Shown: positions 21,879-31,354 of the stretch, piece after piece
Position numbering within the stretch: position 1 is the stretch's first letter
How the letters are laid out: each line of letters begins with the position of its first letter
Origin: Kofleriaceae bacterium
Lineage (GTDB): Bacteria > Myxococcota_A > Polyangia > Haliangiales > Haliangiaceae
Assembly: GCA_018058095.1 (NCBI GenBank)
Contig: JAGPCO010000022.1
Span: 3,493 to 67,492 of the forward strand
Length of the DNA: 64,000 nt
Direction of reading: 5' to 3'
The notes under the pieces: generated by a model
Told to the model about the DNA's origin: nothing
Seen by the model: only the letters and a program-made list of their open reading frames with translations
Databases searched by the model: none
Translations under genes and position numbers: made by a program

Positions 21879-24275
21879 ATGCGCACCCTCGCCGCGGCTC
21901 TCCTTTATATAAGCGCGGCCGGCACCGGCGCGCTGTGCGCCGGCTGCGGCGACAACACCACGCCGGGCACCGAGCTGCGCTGCGCCGGCGGCGCCAGCGG
22001 CGTGCTGACCGCCGGCGGCCAGGTGGTGGTCGACGACGCGGCCGCGGCCGACCTGCGTGGCGCGGCCATCGGCGCCGGCGCCGCCACGACCGTGCCGGCC
22101 ACGGCGGTCAGCATCGGCTGCGCCGCCGATCTGGTGCCGCCCGGGTTCGTCGCGCTCGGCCCGGCGGTGAGCTTCGGCCCGGCCGGGACCTGGTCGGATC
22201 GGTCGTTCACGCTGACGGTGCCGTACAAGGCCGTGCGCCTGCCGGCGACCGGCGGGCGGCGACACGTCCGCGTCGTCGCCCGCCGCCACGTCGGTGACGG
22301 CACGCCGTTCTTCCCGCCGGTGAGCAACCGCATCATCGACGACGCCGACCCGCAGGCGGCGCGCCTGACCTTCCAGGCCGGCGAGCTGGCCACGTACCAG
22401 GTGGTGGCCGAGGCCGAGGCCGGGACGCCACGCACCGAGCGGTTTGCCTACCGCGCCATCATCGGCATCTCGATGGGCGGCAACGCGGCGATGTCGATCG
22501 GCCTGTCCCACCCCGACCTGTTCGACGTCACCGCCGACCTCGGCGGCGAGCCCGGCCCGTCGATGCGGTACACGCTGGCGATGATCCGCGACTACCTGTT
22601 CGGCGGCTTCTGCACCGCCGACGACGAGGCGGCCGGGCGCGGCGCGGTCGGCCAGCTGTGCCTCGATCAGCAGCGCCCGGCCCGGCGCGACCAGTTCGAG
22701 CTGACCTCCGACTTCGAGCACATGATCTACCAGGACGGCTCGGGCGTCGGCCTGACCCTGCGGCGCGACCTGTACATGAAGGCGGCGCGCGACCTGTCGC
22801 GCGCGCTGTCGAACCCGGCGCTGTACAACCCCGACCACCCGTACGCCCCGCCCGGGGTCGACCCGGCCTACTTCGAGCAGCCAGCGGCGCAGCGCTGCGC
22901 CAACCCGATCGTGCTGGCCGACTTCTTCGACCGCGAGTTCAACCCCGACGGCAGCCGCGCGGTCATCACCTTCTGCGACGGCAACGACGGCGAGGCGCTC
23001 GGCCTCGGCGTGCTCGATCCGGCGGTGCCGGCGACCAACCCGGCCGAGGTGCTGCTGGCGGTCGACGTCGATGGCGACGGCCGGCGCGACCCGGGCGAGC
23101 CGGTCATCACCAACGCGTACGAGCCGTTCGCCGACGTCGGCGCCGATGGCGTCGCCAGCGCGGCCGAGCCGGGCTACGACGCCGCGTCCAACCCCGACCC
23201 GGCCGGCGACGACTACCACTACCAGCGCAACCCGCGCGGGACCGAGCAGAACCTCGACTTCGACGCCGGCGAGCCGTACCAGGACGTCGGCCTCGACGGC
23301 GTGGCCGGCACCTGCCAGCACGGCGCCACGCCGCCGGCCGGGGTGAGCCGCTGCTACGACGTCGGCGAGGGCGACGGGGTGTGGACGCTGTCGCCCAACG
23401 TCACCCGCTGGTACGAGAACGACGTGTCGACCCGGCTGGCCGCGCTGACCCAGCCCCAGCGCGACCACGTCCGCATGTGGTTCGACGCCGGCATCCGCGA
23501 CTTCCTCAATGCCTCGGTCTCGGCCAACGCCGGCGCCGGCATCATCAGCGGCCAGTTCGGTCTGCCGCTGGCGGTGTTCGACGGCTTCAAGGTGCTGGGC
23601 GACACCCGCAGCGAGAACACCTACGACTTCACCAACGTGGCGTGGGAGGACCTGCCCCGCAACGGCTACCTGCGCTACGGCAACCCCGACGCCAGCGAGG
23701 CCGACATCGCGCTCGGCGACGGCCGCCACGTCGGCAGCGCGGTCCAGCTCATCAACCGCGCCACCTCGGCCTTCGCCTGGCTCGACAAGCAGTTTCCAGG
23801 CGGCGATCGCGACGACGAGCTCGGCGCCGGCGGCATCCTGCGCGAGCAGTCGTTCGTGGCGCCGTCGTCCGGGCGCGACACCCCGTACGCGCTGTTCCTG
23901 CCGCCCGGCTACGACAAGCCGGAGAACGCCGGCCGCCGCTACCCGGTCGTGTACTTCCTGCACGGCTACGGCCAGGAGCCCGACGACCTGGTGTCGCTGT
24001 CGGCCGCGTTCGAGGTGTACATGCTGCCGTCCAACCTCGAGCTGGCCGACCGCTTCCAGAAGTTCATCATCGTCTACGTCGACGGCCGGTGCCGGCCCAA
24101 CCTCGACGGCGTCCCGGTCGACCCGACCGGCGACCGATGCGAGCGCGGCACCTTCTACCGCGACGCCCCGCTCGGCGGCCCGGCGCAGATGGAGCAGAAC
24201 CTGCTCGACCTGGTCGATCACATCGACGCCATGTACCGGACCAAGGCGCCCGAGATGGTGGAGATCTCGCCGTGA
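21879..24275 (+). CDS. large lipoprotein with esterase-D-like alpha/beta-hydrolase motifs and Asp-rich calcium-binding-type repeats
   Basis: Track ORF 21816..24275 trimmed to ATG 21879 (LYISAAGTGALCAGC lipobox). GISMGGNAAMSIGLSHPDLFD (Ser codon 22470-22472), DVDGDGRRDPGEP-type repeats and YPVVYFLHGYG near the C-terminus (about 23939-23972). Confidence 0.7.
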   Translation: MRTLAAALLYISAAGTGALCAGCGDNTTPGTELRCAGGASGVLTAGGQVVVDDAAAADLRGAAIGAGAATTVPATAVSIGCAADLVPPGFVALGPAVSFGPAGTWSDRSFTLTVPYKAVRLPATGGRRHVRVVARRHVGDGTPFFPPVSNRIIDDADPQAARLTFQAGELATYQVVAEAEAGTPRTERFAYRAIIGISMGGNAAMSIGLSHPDLFDVTADLGGEPGPSMRYTLAMIRDYLFGGFCTADDEAAGRGAVGQLCLDQQRPARRDQFELTSDFEHMIYQDGSGVGLTLRRDLYMKAARDLSRALSNPALYNPDHPYAPPGVDPAYFEQPAAQRCANPIVLADFFDREFNPDGSRAVITFCDGNDGEALGLGVLDPAVPATNPAEVLLAVDVDGDGRRDPGEPVITNAYEPFADVGADGVASAAEPGYDAASNPDPAGDDYHYQRNPRGTEQNLDFDAGEPYQDVGLDGVAGTCQHGATPPAGVSRCYDVGEGDGVWTLSPNVTRWYENDVSTRLAALTQPQRDHVRMWFDAGIRDFLNASVSANAGAGIISGQFGLPLAVFDGFKVLGDTRSENTYDFTNVAWEDLPRNGYLRYGNPDASEADIALGDGRHVGSAVQLINRATSAFAWLDKQFPGGDRDDELGAGGILREQSFVAPSSGRDTPYALFLPPGYDKPENAGRRYPVVYFLHGYGQEPDDLVSLSAAFEVYMLPSNLELADRFQKFIIVYVDGRCRPNLDGVPVDPTGDRCERGTFYRDAPLGGPAQMEQNLLDLVDHIDAMYRTKAPEMVEISP

Positions 24276-24328
24276 GCGGCGACAGCGCCGGGCTGGCGTG
24301 ACGCTGCGTCCGCGGTAGCGTCGTCGGT

Positions 24329-24550
24329 ATGGACACCTTCGCGCGCGGCAGCTTGCCCGCCATCCCGGTCCCGCCCGGCCAGCCCACGACCCGCTCCGAG
24401 GCCCCAGGCCAGGCCGCGACCGCGGCCACCTCGCCGCGACGCGGCTGTGACCTCGCCTCGACCTGCCCGACCTGCGGCACGATGATGCAGCCCGAGCACG
24501 CGCACTATCGCTGCCTCACGTGCGGCTACCGCGACAGCTGCTGCTTTTGA
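24329..24550 (+). CDS. small zinc-ribbon protein
   Basis: 73 aa. The two Cys pairs CPTC..(12)..CLTC form a zinc-ribbon pattern. The N-terminal half is low-complexity, so coding status is uncertain. Confidence 0.4.
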   Translation: MDTFARGSLPAIPVPPGQPTTRSEAPGQAATAATSPRRGCDLASTCPTCGTMMQPEHAHYRCLTCGYRDSCCF

Positions 24551-24611
24551 TCGCGGGGCTCGCAGGGCCAAGAACGCGACAGCGTGCGTATCTGATCGTA
24601 CGCTGGCGCCG

Positions 24612-26882
24612 ATGCGAGCCGCTCGACCGCTAGCGCGCATCTCACGACCCATCGTGGGCTGCGACCATCGCGCTGCGGGCGGCTCGGCGCGTACGTCCGA
24701 GGCTCGCTCCTGTGCTCTGGCGCTCGGGCTGGGCGCGGCCGTGGCCGTGGCCGGGTTGGCCGCGCCGGGTGCCGCGCAGGCCGACGTCGGCAGCGGCAGC
24801 GGCGACGACGACGACGAGCTGATCGTCATCGACGACGAGGCGCCCGAGGCCGCGCCGGGGCGGGCCAGCTCGACGGTCACCCGCGACGACCTCGACGAGC
24901 GGCAGCCGCGCTCGGCGCCGGATGCGCTGCGGTGGGAGCCAGGGGTGTACGTGCAGCAGACGGCGGCGGCCCAGGGCTCGCCGTACCTGCGCGGCCGAAC
25001 CGGCCAGCAGACGGTGCTGCTGTTCGACGGCATCCGCCTCAACAACGCGACCTGGCGCCAGGGCCCCAACCAGTACTTCTTCGCGGTCGACACCCGCACG
25101 CTGGCGGCCATCGACGTCATCCGCGGCGGCGCCTCGACCCGCTACGGCTCCGACGCCCTCGGCGGCGTGCTCGACGCGATCCCGCGCCAGGCCGACCCCG
25201 ACGGCCCGGCGCTGGCGCCGCGGCTGGCCCTGCGCTGGGGCTCGGCCGACCACGAGCTGGGCGGGCGGGCCGAGGTGGCGGCCCGGCTCCCGGCCGACAG
25301 CGCGCTCCTGGTCGGCTTCGGCGGGCGCGACGTCAGCCTGCTCGAGGGCGGCGGCGTGGTGCGCGGCGACGACGGCGCGCCGGCGCTGGTGCCGCGGCTT
25401 GGCGCCGACGGCCGGACCCAGCTCGGCACCGGCTTCGGCGAGCTGGCGTGGGACGCGCGCTGGGTCAAGCGCCTCGAGCACGGCCAGGCCACCGTGGCCT
25501 ACTACGACCATCGCCTGTACGACGCGCCGCGCACCGACCAGTGCGCGCCAGCGTTCGCGCCGGCCGACGAGTGCCTGCGCTTCGAGGAGCAGTTCCACGC
25601 CCTGGTGTACGGCGCGCTCGACCTGGCCCGGGTCGGCCCGCTGGCGACGGCGCGCCTGGTGCTGTCGGCCCAGGACTGGCACGAGCGGCGCCGGCGCGAC
25701 CGCCCCAGCTCGAACATCATCAACGGCGGCCGCGACGGCGTGCGCGTCCTCGGCGCCAGCGCACGCGGCGCGCTGCGCCCGCGCCGGCTCGGGCCGGCCG
25801 TGCTGCGGCCGAGCGGTGGCGCCGACGCCAGCCTCGACCTGGTCGACTCGACGGCGTGGCTCATCTTCACCGACGTCGACGAGACTCGCCTCGAGTCGCG
25901 CGGGCAGTACCTGGCCGGCGCGCGGTACCTGGGTGCCGGCGCGTTCGCCGAGGCCGAGCTGCGCTGGGGCCGGCTGCGCGCGCGCGGCGGCGGCCGGCTC
26001 GGCCTGGCCGCGGCCGACAGCCCGGCCGACGCGGCGTCGGCGACCCAGGCCATCGACCGGCGCTGGTTGACGTCGGCCGCGCACCTCGGCGCCGAGGTCG
26101 AGCTGCCGGGCGGCGTGGCCGGCCTGCTCTCGCTCGATCGATCGTTCCGCGCCCCCAACCTCGACGACCTGACCGGGCGGCAGGCGACCGGGCCCGGCTT
26201 CCAGTTCGAGAACGCCGCGCTGGCGCCGGAGACGGCGTGGACGGCCGAGGCCGGGGCCCGGGTCCGGCGCGCCGCGATCAGCGCCGCCGCCTTCGCCTAC
26301 GTCGCCCGCGTCGACGGCGCCATCGCCCGCTCGCTGCGCAGCACGGCCGACTGCCCGCCGGCGGCGCCGGGCTGCGCCGCCGCCTGGTTCCGCTACCAGC
26401 TGGTCAACCTCGATGGCCCGGCCACGGTGGTCGGCGCCGAGGCCGAGCTGGCCGCGCGCTGGCAGCGCTGGCGGGCCCGGGCCACGCTGACCGCGGCGCG
26501 CGGCGACGGCCCCAACCCGCAGGAGCGGCCGACCGACCCGGCCCTGCCCTACGCCGCCCGCGTCCCGCTGTCGCGCGTGCCGCCGGTAGGCGGCACCGTC
26601 GAGCTGCGCGCGGTGTTTGCCGCCGGCACCGTCGGCGCCGGCCTGCGCTGGGCCGGCCCGCAGCGGCGACTGGCCCCGTCCGACCTGGGTGACCCACGCA
26701 TCCCGCTCGGCGGCACGCCCGGCTCGGCGGTGCTCGAGCTGCGCGCCAGCGCCCGCCTGAGCGCCCTGGCCCGCGTCGCCGTCGTCCTCGACAACGTGAC
26801 CGACGCCGCGTACCGCACCCACGGATCGAGCATCAATGGCCCGGGCCGCAGTATCATGACCTACCTGGAGCTCACGCCATGA
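24612..26882 (+). CDS. TonB-dependent outer-membrane receptor
   Basis: Signal-like ALALGLGAAVAVAGLAAPGAAQA. Plug motifs: VTRDDLDERQPRSAPDALR, GVYVQQ, SPYLRG, LLFDGIRLN, IDVIRGGASTRYGSDALGGVL. A long barrel region follows. The exact start is uncertain. Confidence 0.85.
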   Translation: MRAARPLARISRPIVGCDHRAAGGSARTSEARSCALALGLGAAVAVAGLAAPGAAQADVGSGSGDDDDELIVIDDEAPEAAPGRASSTVTRDDLDERQPRSAPDALRWEPGVYVQQTAAAQGSPYLRGRTGQQTVLLFDGIRLNNATWRQGPNQYFFAVDTRTLAAIDVIRGGASTRYGSDALGGVLDAIPRQADPDGPALAPRLALRWGSADHELGGRAEVAARLPADSALLVGFGGRDVSLLEGGGVVRGDDGAPALVPRLGADGRTQLGTGFGELAWDARWVKRLEHGQATVAYYDHRLYDAPRTDQCAPAFAPADECLRFEEQFHALVYGALDLARVGPLATARLVLSAQDWHERRRRDRPSSNIINGGRDGVRVLGASARGALRPRRLGPAVLRPSGGADASLDLVDSTAWLIFTDVDETRLESRGQYLAGARYLGAGAFAEAELRWGRLRARGGGRLGLAAADSPADAASATQAIDRRWLTSAAHLGAEVELPGGVAGLLSLDRSFRAPNLDDLTGRQATGPGFQFENAALAPETAWTAEAGARVRRAAISAAAFAYVARVDGAIARSLRSTADCPPAAPGCAAAWFRYQLVNLDGPATVVGAEAELAARWQRWRARATLTAARGDGPNPQERPTDPALPYAARVPLSRVPPVGGTVELRAVFAAGTVGAGLRWAGPQRRLAPSDLGDPRIPLGGTPGSAVLELRASARLSALARVAVVLDNVTDAAYRTHGSSINGPGRSIMTYLELTP

Positions 26883-28051
26883 ACCGCACGCCCGCGCTCG
26901 CCTCGTCCGTCCTCGCCGTGCTCGGCGCGCTCGCCACCGCCGTGACCGGGTGCAAGACCGGTGACCCGTTCCCGGGCGCCGACGCCGCCGCGACCGACGC
27001 CGTGGTGCTCGACGCTGGCCCTGACGCCGTCATGCCCGATGCCAACCCAGCGTGTGTGCCCGGCCCCGACGACTACCGGCCCGAGGCCGGCTCGATCAAC
27101 GACACCTGGCCGGCCTGCATCTCCGACGACGGCGAGTACCACCCGTTCGACGTCAGCATCTCGACCGTGGCCCGGGTTGGCGCGTTCGAGGCCATCGCCG
27201 GCCTGCTGTTCACCGGGGTGGCGCCGGCGCCGTCGGCCTTCACCGACGCCCGCGTGCAGTACGCCCTCGACGGCGGCCTCGAGTCGCGGGTGGCGCGGCG
27301 CGAAGACGAGCACTACCCGCCGGCCATGAAGGCTGGCCTGCCGGTGGCCTGCAACACGCTCGACCCGATGCTGGCCGAGGACGCCGCCATCCTCGCCGCC
27401 AACCGCGACCGCTGCGTCGGGCCGATGGTGCTGCAGCCGCTGCTCAACCAGGCCTTCGCCACCGGCCAGATCGCCACCGCGGCGCCGCGCGTGCGCCGGC
27501 TGGCGGCGGCGCAGATCGAGGGCGCGCTGCTGCGCTTCCTGTACACCTCGGTGCACAAGGAAGCCATCACCTGCACCAGCGTGCAGCGCGACTGCGACTC
27601 GATGTACGCCTACTACACCGGCGGCCAGCCGCGCAGCGGCGGCCTCGGCCTGGCCCGGGCGGTGCGTGGGCTCGACCTCGAGGCACACGACCGGGTGTGG
27701 GACGGCATCCTCGGCGCGCGCTGCTGGCGCGACCTCGACAACCCGGCCGGGGTGGCGATGGACCTGGCGCTGCGCGACCGCGCCATCGGCCAGCTCGACG
27801 CCGCCCTGCTGCGCGGGGTCGCGGTGCTGGTGCTCGACCGGGTCGGCCGCCTGGCCACCAGCAGCGGCGACGAGCGCGCCGCCCACTGGGAGCTGCTGCG
27901 CGTGCTCGGCCCGACCCTGGTGCGCGAGGCCGGCGTGCGCGCGCCCGACCGCGCCGCGGTCATGAACGCCGAGCTCGGCAAGACCGACCCGGCCACCGTC
28001 GACGCCGAGTCGCTGCGCGCGGCCATCGCCGGCACCTTCCCGTGCCCGTGA
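26879..28051 (+). CDS. lipoprotein coupled to the TonB-dependent receptor
   Basis: The ATG overlaps the receptor TGA (ATGA). LGALATAVTGC lipobox and several conserved Cys. No family recognised. Confidence 0.6.
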   Translation: MNRTPALASSVLAVLGALATAVTGCKTGDPFPGADAAATDAVVLDAGPDAVMPDANPACVPGPDDYRPEAGSINDTWPACISDDGEYHPFDVSISTVARVGAFEAIAGLLFTGVAPAPSAFTDARVQYALDGGLESRVARREDEHYPPAMKAGLPVACNTLDPMLAEDAAILAANRDRCVGPMVLQPLLNQAFATGQIATAAPRVRRLAAAQIEGALLRFLYTSVHKEAITCTSVQRDCDSMYAYYTGGQPRSGGLGLARAVRGLDLEAHDRVWDGILGARCWRDLDNPAGVAMDLALRDRAIGQLDAALLRGVAVLVLDRVGRLATSSGDERAAHWELLRVLGPTLVREAGVRAPDRAAVMNAELGKTDPATVDAESLRAAIAGTFPCP

Positions 28052-28159
28052 CCACGCGGCGCTGAGCGGGCCGGGGCGAGTGACGTACGCGGGGCGTACG
28101 CGGGGCGTAACCGGGTTGCAATAGAACCTCGGTCGGCCGCACGCGTACCAGGGGCAACC

Positions 28160-28936
28160 ATGAAGCACTCCGCCCTCGCCCCCATCCTCGCGATCGCCCT
28201 CGTGGCGCTCGCCTCCCCGTCCGTCGGCCACGCGGACATCAAGGCCTTCCGTTGCGAGGGACCCAGGACGGGTCCCGTCGCCGCGATCGCCAACAAGGCC
28301 GATGCCTGCGTCGGGTTCACGCGCGACCGGACCGGGCCGACCCGGGTCATCACCTTCGAGCACCCGCGCAGCGGCGTGCTGCTGGCCAGCCCCGACGGCC
28401 GCACCGTGGTGATGGTGCAGAGCTACCTGTACGGGACCCGCACCGACGACGGCACGCTGGTGGAGTTCAGCGGGGTCGCCGGCCAGCCCCGTCGCCCCGA
28501 TCCCGTCGTGCTCGAGGTGTTCCGCGACGGCAAGCGGCTGGCGCAGCACCGGCTGGGCGCGCTGCTGGCCCGGCCGCACCTGGCCGAGCTGACCACCTCG
28601 CACCTGCGCTGGGTCGTCGGCGAGCCGCGGCTCGACAACGACAGCCTCGAGCTGACCACGACGTCGTTCCGCACCCTCACCTTCTCGACCCACACCGGCG
28701 CCCTGACCAGCGCGGCCGACACCCCGACCTGGACGCGGTGCCAGACGCTGGCCAGCGGCACGGTCGACCTGGCCGGCAAGCGCCTGATCAATCCGTACTC
28801 GCTCAAGACCGGCACCAAGATCGCGACCGTCTCGTTCACGGTCGGGCCGGGCGTGGTGCTGACCGACCGGAGCTACACCAGGGCCTGCTTCGAGCCGAGC
28901 CCGAGCGGGCTGGTGCTGACCCAGACCGTGCACTGA
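28160..28936 (+). CDS. secreted protein, paralog 1 (unknown family)
   Basis: Signal peptide MKHSALAPILAIALVALASPSVGHA. By eye about 80 percent identical at the amino-acid level to the product of 31355..32125. Confidence 0.65.
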   Translation: MKHSALAPILAIALVALASPSVGHADIKAFRCEGPRTGPVAAIANKADACVGFTRDRTGPTRVITFEHPRSGVLLASPDGRTVVMVQSYLYGTRTDDGTLVEFSGVAGQPRRPDPVVLEVFRDGKRLAQHRLGALLARPHLAELTTSHLRWVVGEPRLDNDSLELTTTSFRTLTFSTHTGALTSAADTPTWTRCQTLASGTVDLAGKRLINPYSLKTGTKIATVSFTVGPGVVLTDRSYTRACFEPSPSGLVLTQTVH

Positions 28937-28958
28937 CCTCCCGGCGCCGCGGCGCGGG

Positions 28959-29414
28959 CTACGAGCAGCCGCCGCCCTGGCACTCGGTCTGGCAGCTGGC
29001 GCTCTGGTCGCACGCGCTGCGGCAGCCGCCGCCCTGGCAGTCGACCTCGCAGGTCGAACCAGCGGCGCAGGTGTTGTTGCAGCCACCGCCCTGGCAGTCG
29101 ACCTTGCAGGTGGCGCCGTCGCCGCAGGTCACGTTGCAGCCGCCGCCCTGGCAGTCGAGCTCGCAGGTGCTGCCCGGCTCACACACGAAGTTGCAGCCGC
29201 CGCCCATGCAGTCGTGCTCGCAGGTCGTGTTGGCCGGGCACACGACGTTGGCGCCGCCAGCCCCGACGGCGACGGGCGCGACCGCGCCGCTGGGGTCGAC
29301 CGGGGCGGTCTCCTCGCTGGTCGTCGACGCGTAGTTCGGCGGCGGCGGCGACGTCGAGGCGACACAGGAGACGATGATGGAGGACAGGAGGGCGGCGAGC
29401 ATGGTGGTGCGCAT
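28959..29414 (-). CDS. Cys-rich tandem-repeat lipoprotein
   Basis: N-terminus MRTTMLAALLSSIIVSC. Five consecutive 19-aa repeats N-x-x-C-x-x-G-[SA]-T-C-x-[VL]-D-C-Q-G-G-G-C, giving 20 Cys. Confidence 0.65.
   Translation of the reverse strand: MRTTMLAALLSSIIVSCVASTSPPPPNYASTTSEETAPVDPSGAVAPVAVGAGGANVVCPANTTCEHDCMGGGCNFVCEPGSTCELDCQGGGCNVTCGDGATCKVDCQGGGCNNTCAAGSTCEVDCQGGGCRSACDQSASCQTECQGGGCS
28965..29249 (-). repeat. 5 x 57-nt in-frame tandem repeat inside the Cys-rich lipoprotein gene
   Basis: Seen as QPPPWQS(T/S)xQV periodicity in the antisense track ORF and as GGGC..C..C..C periodicity in the sense frame. Confidence 0.8.
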
Positions 29415-29509
29415 GGGCCCGAGCTTCGATCACCCGCCGGCGGCAGGGAACCGCGCCGACGCGAAAAGTCTGCGCAAGATCGCCCAGCGCGCCTCGAGGG
29501 CGCGGGTGC

Positions 29510-30424
29510 TCATGCCGGCGCGTAGGGCAGGCCGCTGTCGCGCACGCCGCGCCCGAGCAGGCGCCGGGCCAGGCCACGCGCCTCGGTGTAGCCGCGCAGC
29601 ACCGCGTGTTTGAGGTCGTCGCGCCGGGCCGCGCCGTCGACGGGATCGGCGACCGGGCGCGGGGTCAGGCCGAGCCGGCGCAGCCGGGCGTTGCCGCGGT
29701 ACAGCAGCTCGCGCCGCCGGGTCGAGTCGGTGTAGTAGGTGAAGCTGACGGTGATCGACGGCTCCGGCCCGTTCTCGACCAGGTGGCCGGCGGTCGATGG
29801 CATGTAACCGCCGTCGCCGGGCTCGAGGTCGAACACCCGGGCCCGGGCCCGCAGCTCCTCGCGCCACACCACCCGGGCCCGCGAGTGCTGGTCGTGGAAC
29901 AGCTCCTGGCCCTCCTCCGACACCACCTGGCGATCGAACGGATCCCACACGTACAGCCGCTTGCGGCCGCGGATCTGCAGGATGAAGTTGTGCTCGTGGT
30001 CGATGTGGAACGGGGTGATGGCGCCGGGTGAGCTGACGAAGATCCAGCCGGCCCGGTAACACATGCCGGGGTCGTGGCGCTCCACCACTGGCCGCACCTC
30101 GTCGAGCACCTCGTCGACCAGGGTCCGGTACAGCGGGTCGGCCTGCACGTTGAGCAGCGAGGTCCACGCCCGCGCCGCCGCCAGATCGATCAGGGTGGCG
30201 ACCGCGCCCTTGGGGTTGGGGTGCGAGACCGGCGCGTCGGCGAACGAGGTGCCGGCGGTGGCGTCGGCCGAGTGGGTCCGGACCAGGCGGCGGGCCTCGA
30301 GGCGCTGGCCGAGGGCGATCAGCGCGTCGAGCTGCAAGAGCGGGTGGTCCATCAGGTGGTGCCGCACCGCCTGGATGCGCCAGGGCGTGAAGGCGGCCGG
30401 GTCGAGCTCGAGGCGAGGCGGCAT
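29510..30424 (-). CDS. JmjC/cupin-8-like Fe(II)/2-oxoglutarate oxygenase
   Basis: ITPFHIDHEHNFILQIRGRKRLYVWDP (HxD facial triad part plus G.K motif) and a distal His in STAGHLVENGPEPSITVSF. Confidence 0.7.
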   Translation of the reverse strand: MPPRLELDPAAFTPWRIQAVRHHLMDHPLLQLDALIALGQRLEARRLVRTHSADATAGTSFADAPVSHPNPKGAVATLIDLAAARAWTSLLNVQADPLYRTLVDEVLDEVRPVVERHDPGMCYRAGWIFVSSPGAITPFHIDHEHNFILQIRGRKRLYVWDPFDRQVVSEEGQELFHDQHSRARVVWREELRARARVFDLEPGDGGYMPSTAGHLVENGPEPSITVSFTYYTDSTRRRELLYRGNARLRRLGLTPRPVADPVDGAARRDDLKHAVLRGYTEARGLARRLLGRGVRDSGLPYAPA

Positions 30425-30462
30425 CGCCCCGATGATACGGCGCCTGGCGATCGACCTGCGGC

Positions 30463-31299
30463 GTGGCCGGCCCGTATCATCGGCCGGTGGGCATCATCGA
30501 TCTGGGCCAGCGAGTCGCGCGCAACCTGTGGCGGGTTCCCGGGGTGGGCTCGGCCCTGGCGCTCGACTACGAGCGCACCTTCCGCACCCTGCCGCGCAAC
30601 CGCTTCCGCGGCGTGTTCCCGACCTTCGCCGCGGCCGAGGCGTCGATCCCGCCGGGCGGGCGCGTCGGCTACGACCACGACGAGCTGGCCGGCATGTATC
30701 GCGCGCGCATGGACAAGGCGTGCGAGAGCGACTATGCGCCGCTGTTCTGGCTGCGCGGCCTGGTCGATGGCCGCAGCCACGTGTTCGATCTGGGCGGCCA
30801 CGTCGGCGTCAGCTACTACGGCTGGCAGCGCTACCTCGGCTACCCGCCGGGGCTGCGCTGGACGGTGTACGAGGTGCCGGCCATCGCCCGCGCCGGGCGC
30901 GAGCTGGCCCAGACCCGGCCCAGCGCCGGGCTCGACTTCACCAGCGAGCTGAGCGCCGGGCGCGGCTGCTCGATCCTGCTGGTGGCCGGCTCGCTGCAGT
31001 ACGTCGACGCCACCCTGCCCGAGCTGCTGGCGCAGATCGGCGGACCGCTGCCGCCGCACGTGATCGTCAACAAGCTGCCGCTGTACGACGGCGAGGCCTT
31101 CGTGACCGTGCAGTCGACCGGGCGGGCGTTCCACCCGTACCGCGTCGACAACCGCGCCGAGTTCGTGGCCGGCATGACCACGCTCGGCTACCAGGTCGTC
31201 GACGACTGGCAGAACCGCGAGCAGCACTGCGAGATTCCCTTCACCCGCGGCCGCGACGTCGACGCCTATAGTGGCTACTACTTCCGCCAGCCGGCCTGA
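30463..31299 (+). CDS. putative SAM-dependent methyltransferase (resembles the TIGR04325 / LIC12133-type family)
   Basis: GVFPTFAAAEASIPPGGRVGYDHDEL N-terminal signature, VFDLGGHVGVSYY glycine-rich loop and SLQYV. GTG start at 30463, with an alternative GTG at 30487. The family call is from memory. Confidence 0.55.
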   Translation: MAGPYHRPVGIIDLGQRVARNLWRVPGVGSALALDYERTFRTLPRNRFRGVFPTFAAAEASIPPGGRVGYDHDELAGMYRARMDKACESDYAPLFWLRGLVDGRSHVFDLGGHVGVSYYGWQRYLGYPPGLRWTVYEVPAIARAGRELAQTRPSAGLDFTSELSAGRGCSILLVAGSLQYVDATLPELLAQIGGPLPPHVIVNKLPLYDGEAFVTVQSTGRAFHPYRVDNRAEFVAGMTTLGYQVVDDWQNREQHCEIPFTRGRDVDAYSGYYFRQPA

Positions 31300-31354
31300 G
31301 CGCCGGCGCGGGGGCCAGACCCTTGGGCCTACCTGGACGTACTACCGGCATCCC

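Noticed and set aside
18997-24221. Long ORFs 18997..21402(-), 19179..20981(+) and 21774..24221(-)
   Set aside because: These are alternative frames or strands of the diguanylate cyclase and esterase-like genes. They are Arg/Gly/Ala-rich with no motifs, whereas the chosen frames carry GGEEF, GAF and GxSMGG signatures.
24551-24710. Riboswitch (e.g. cobalamin) in front of the TonB-dependent receptor
   Set aside because: I found no B12-box-like GCCACTG core or other riboswitch signature, and most of this stretch is probably the receptor's extended N-terminus.
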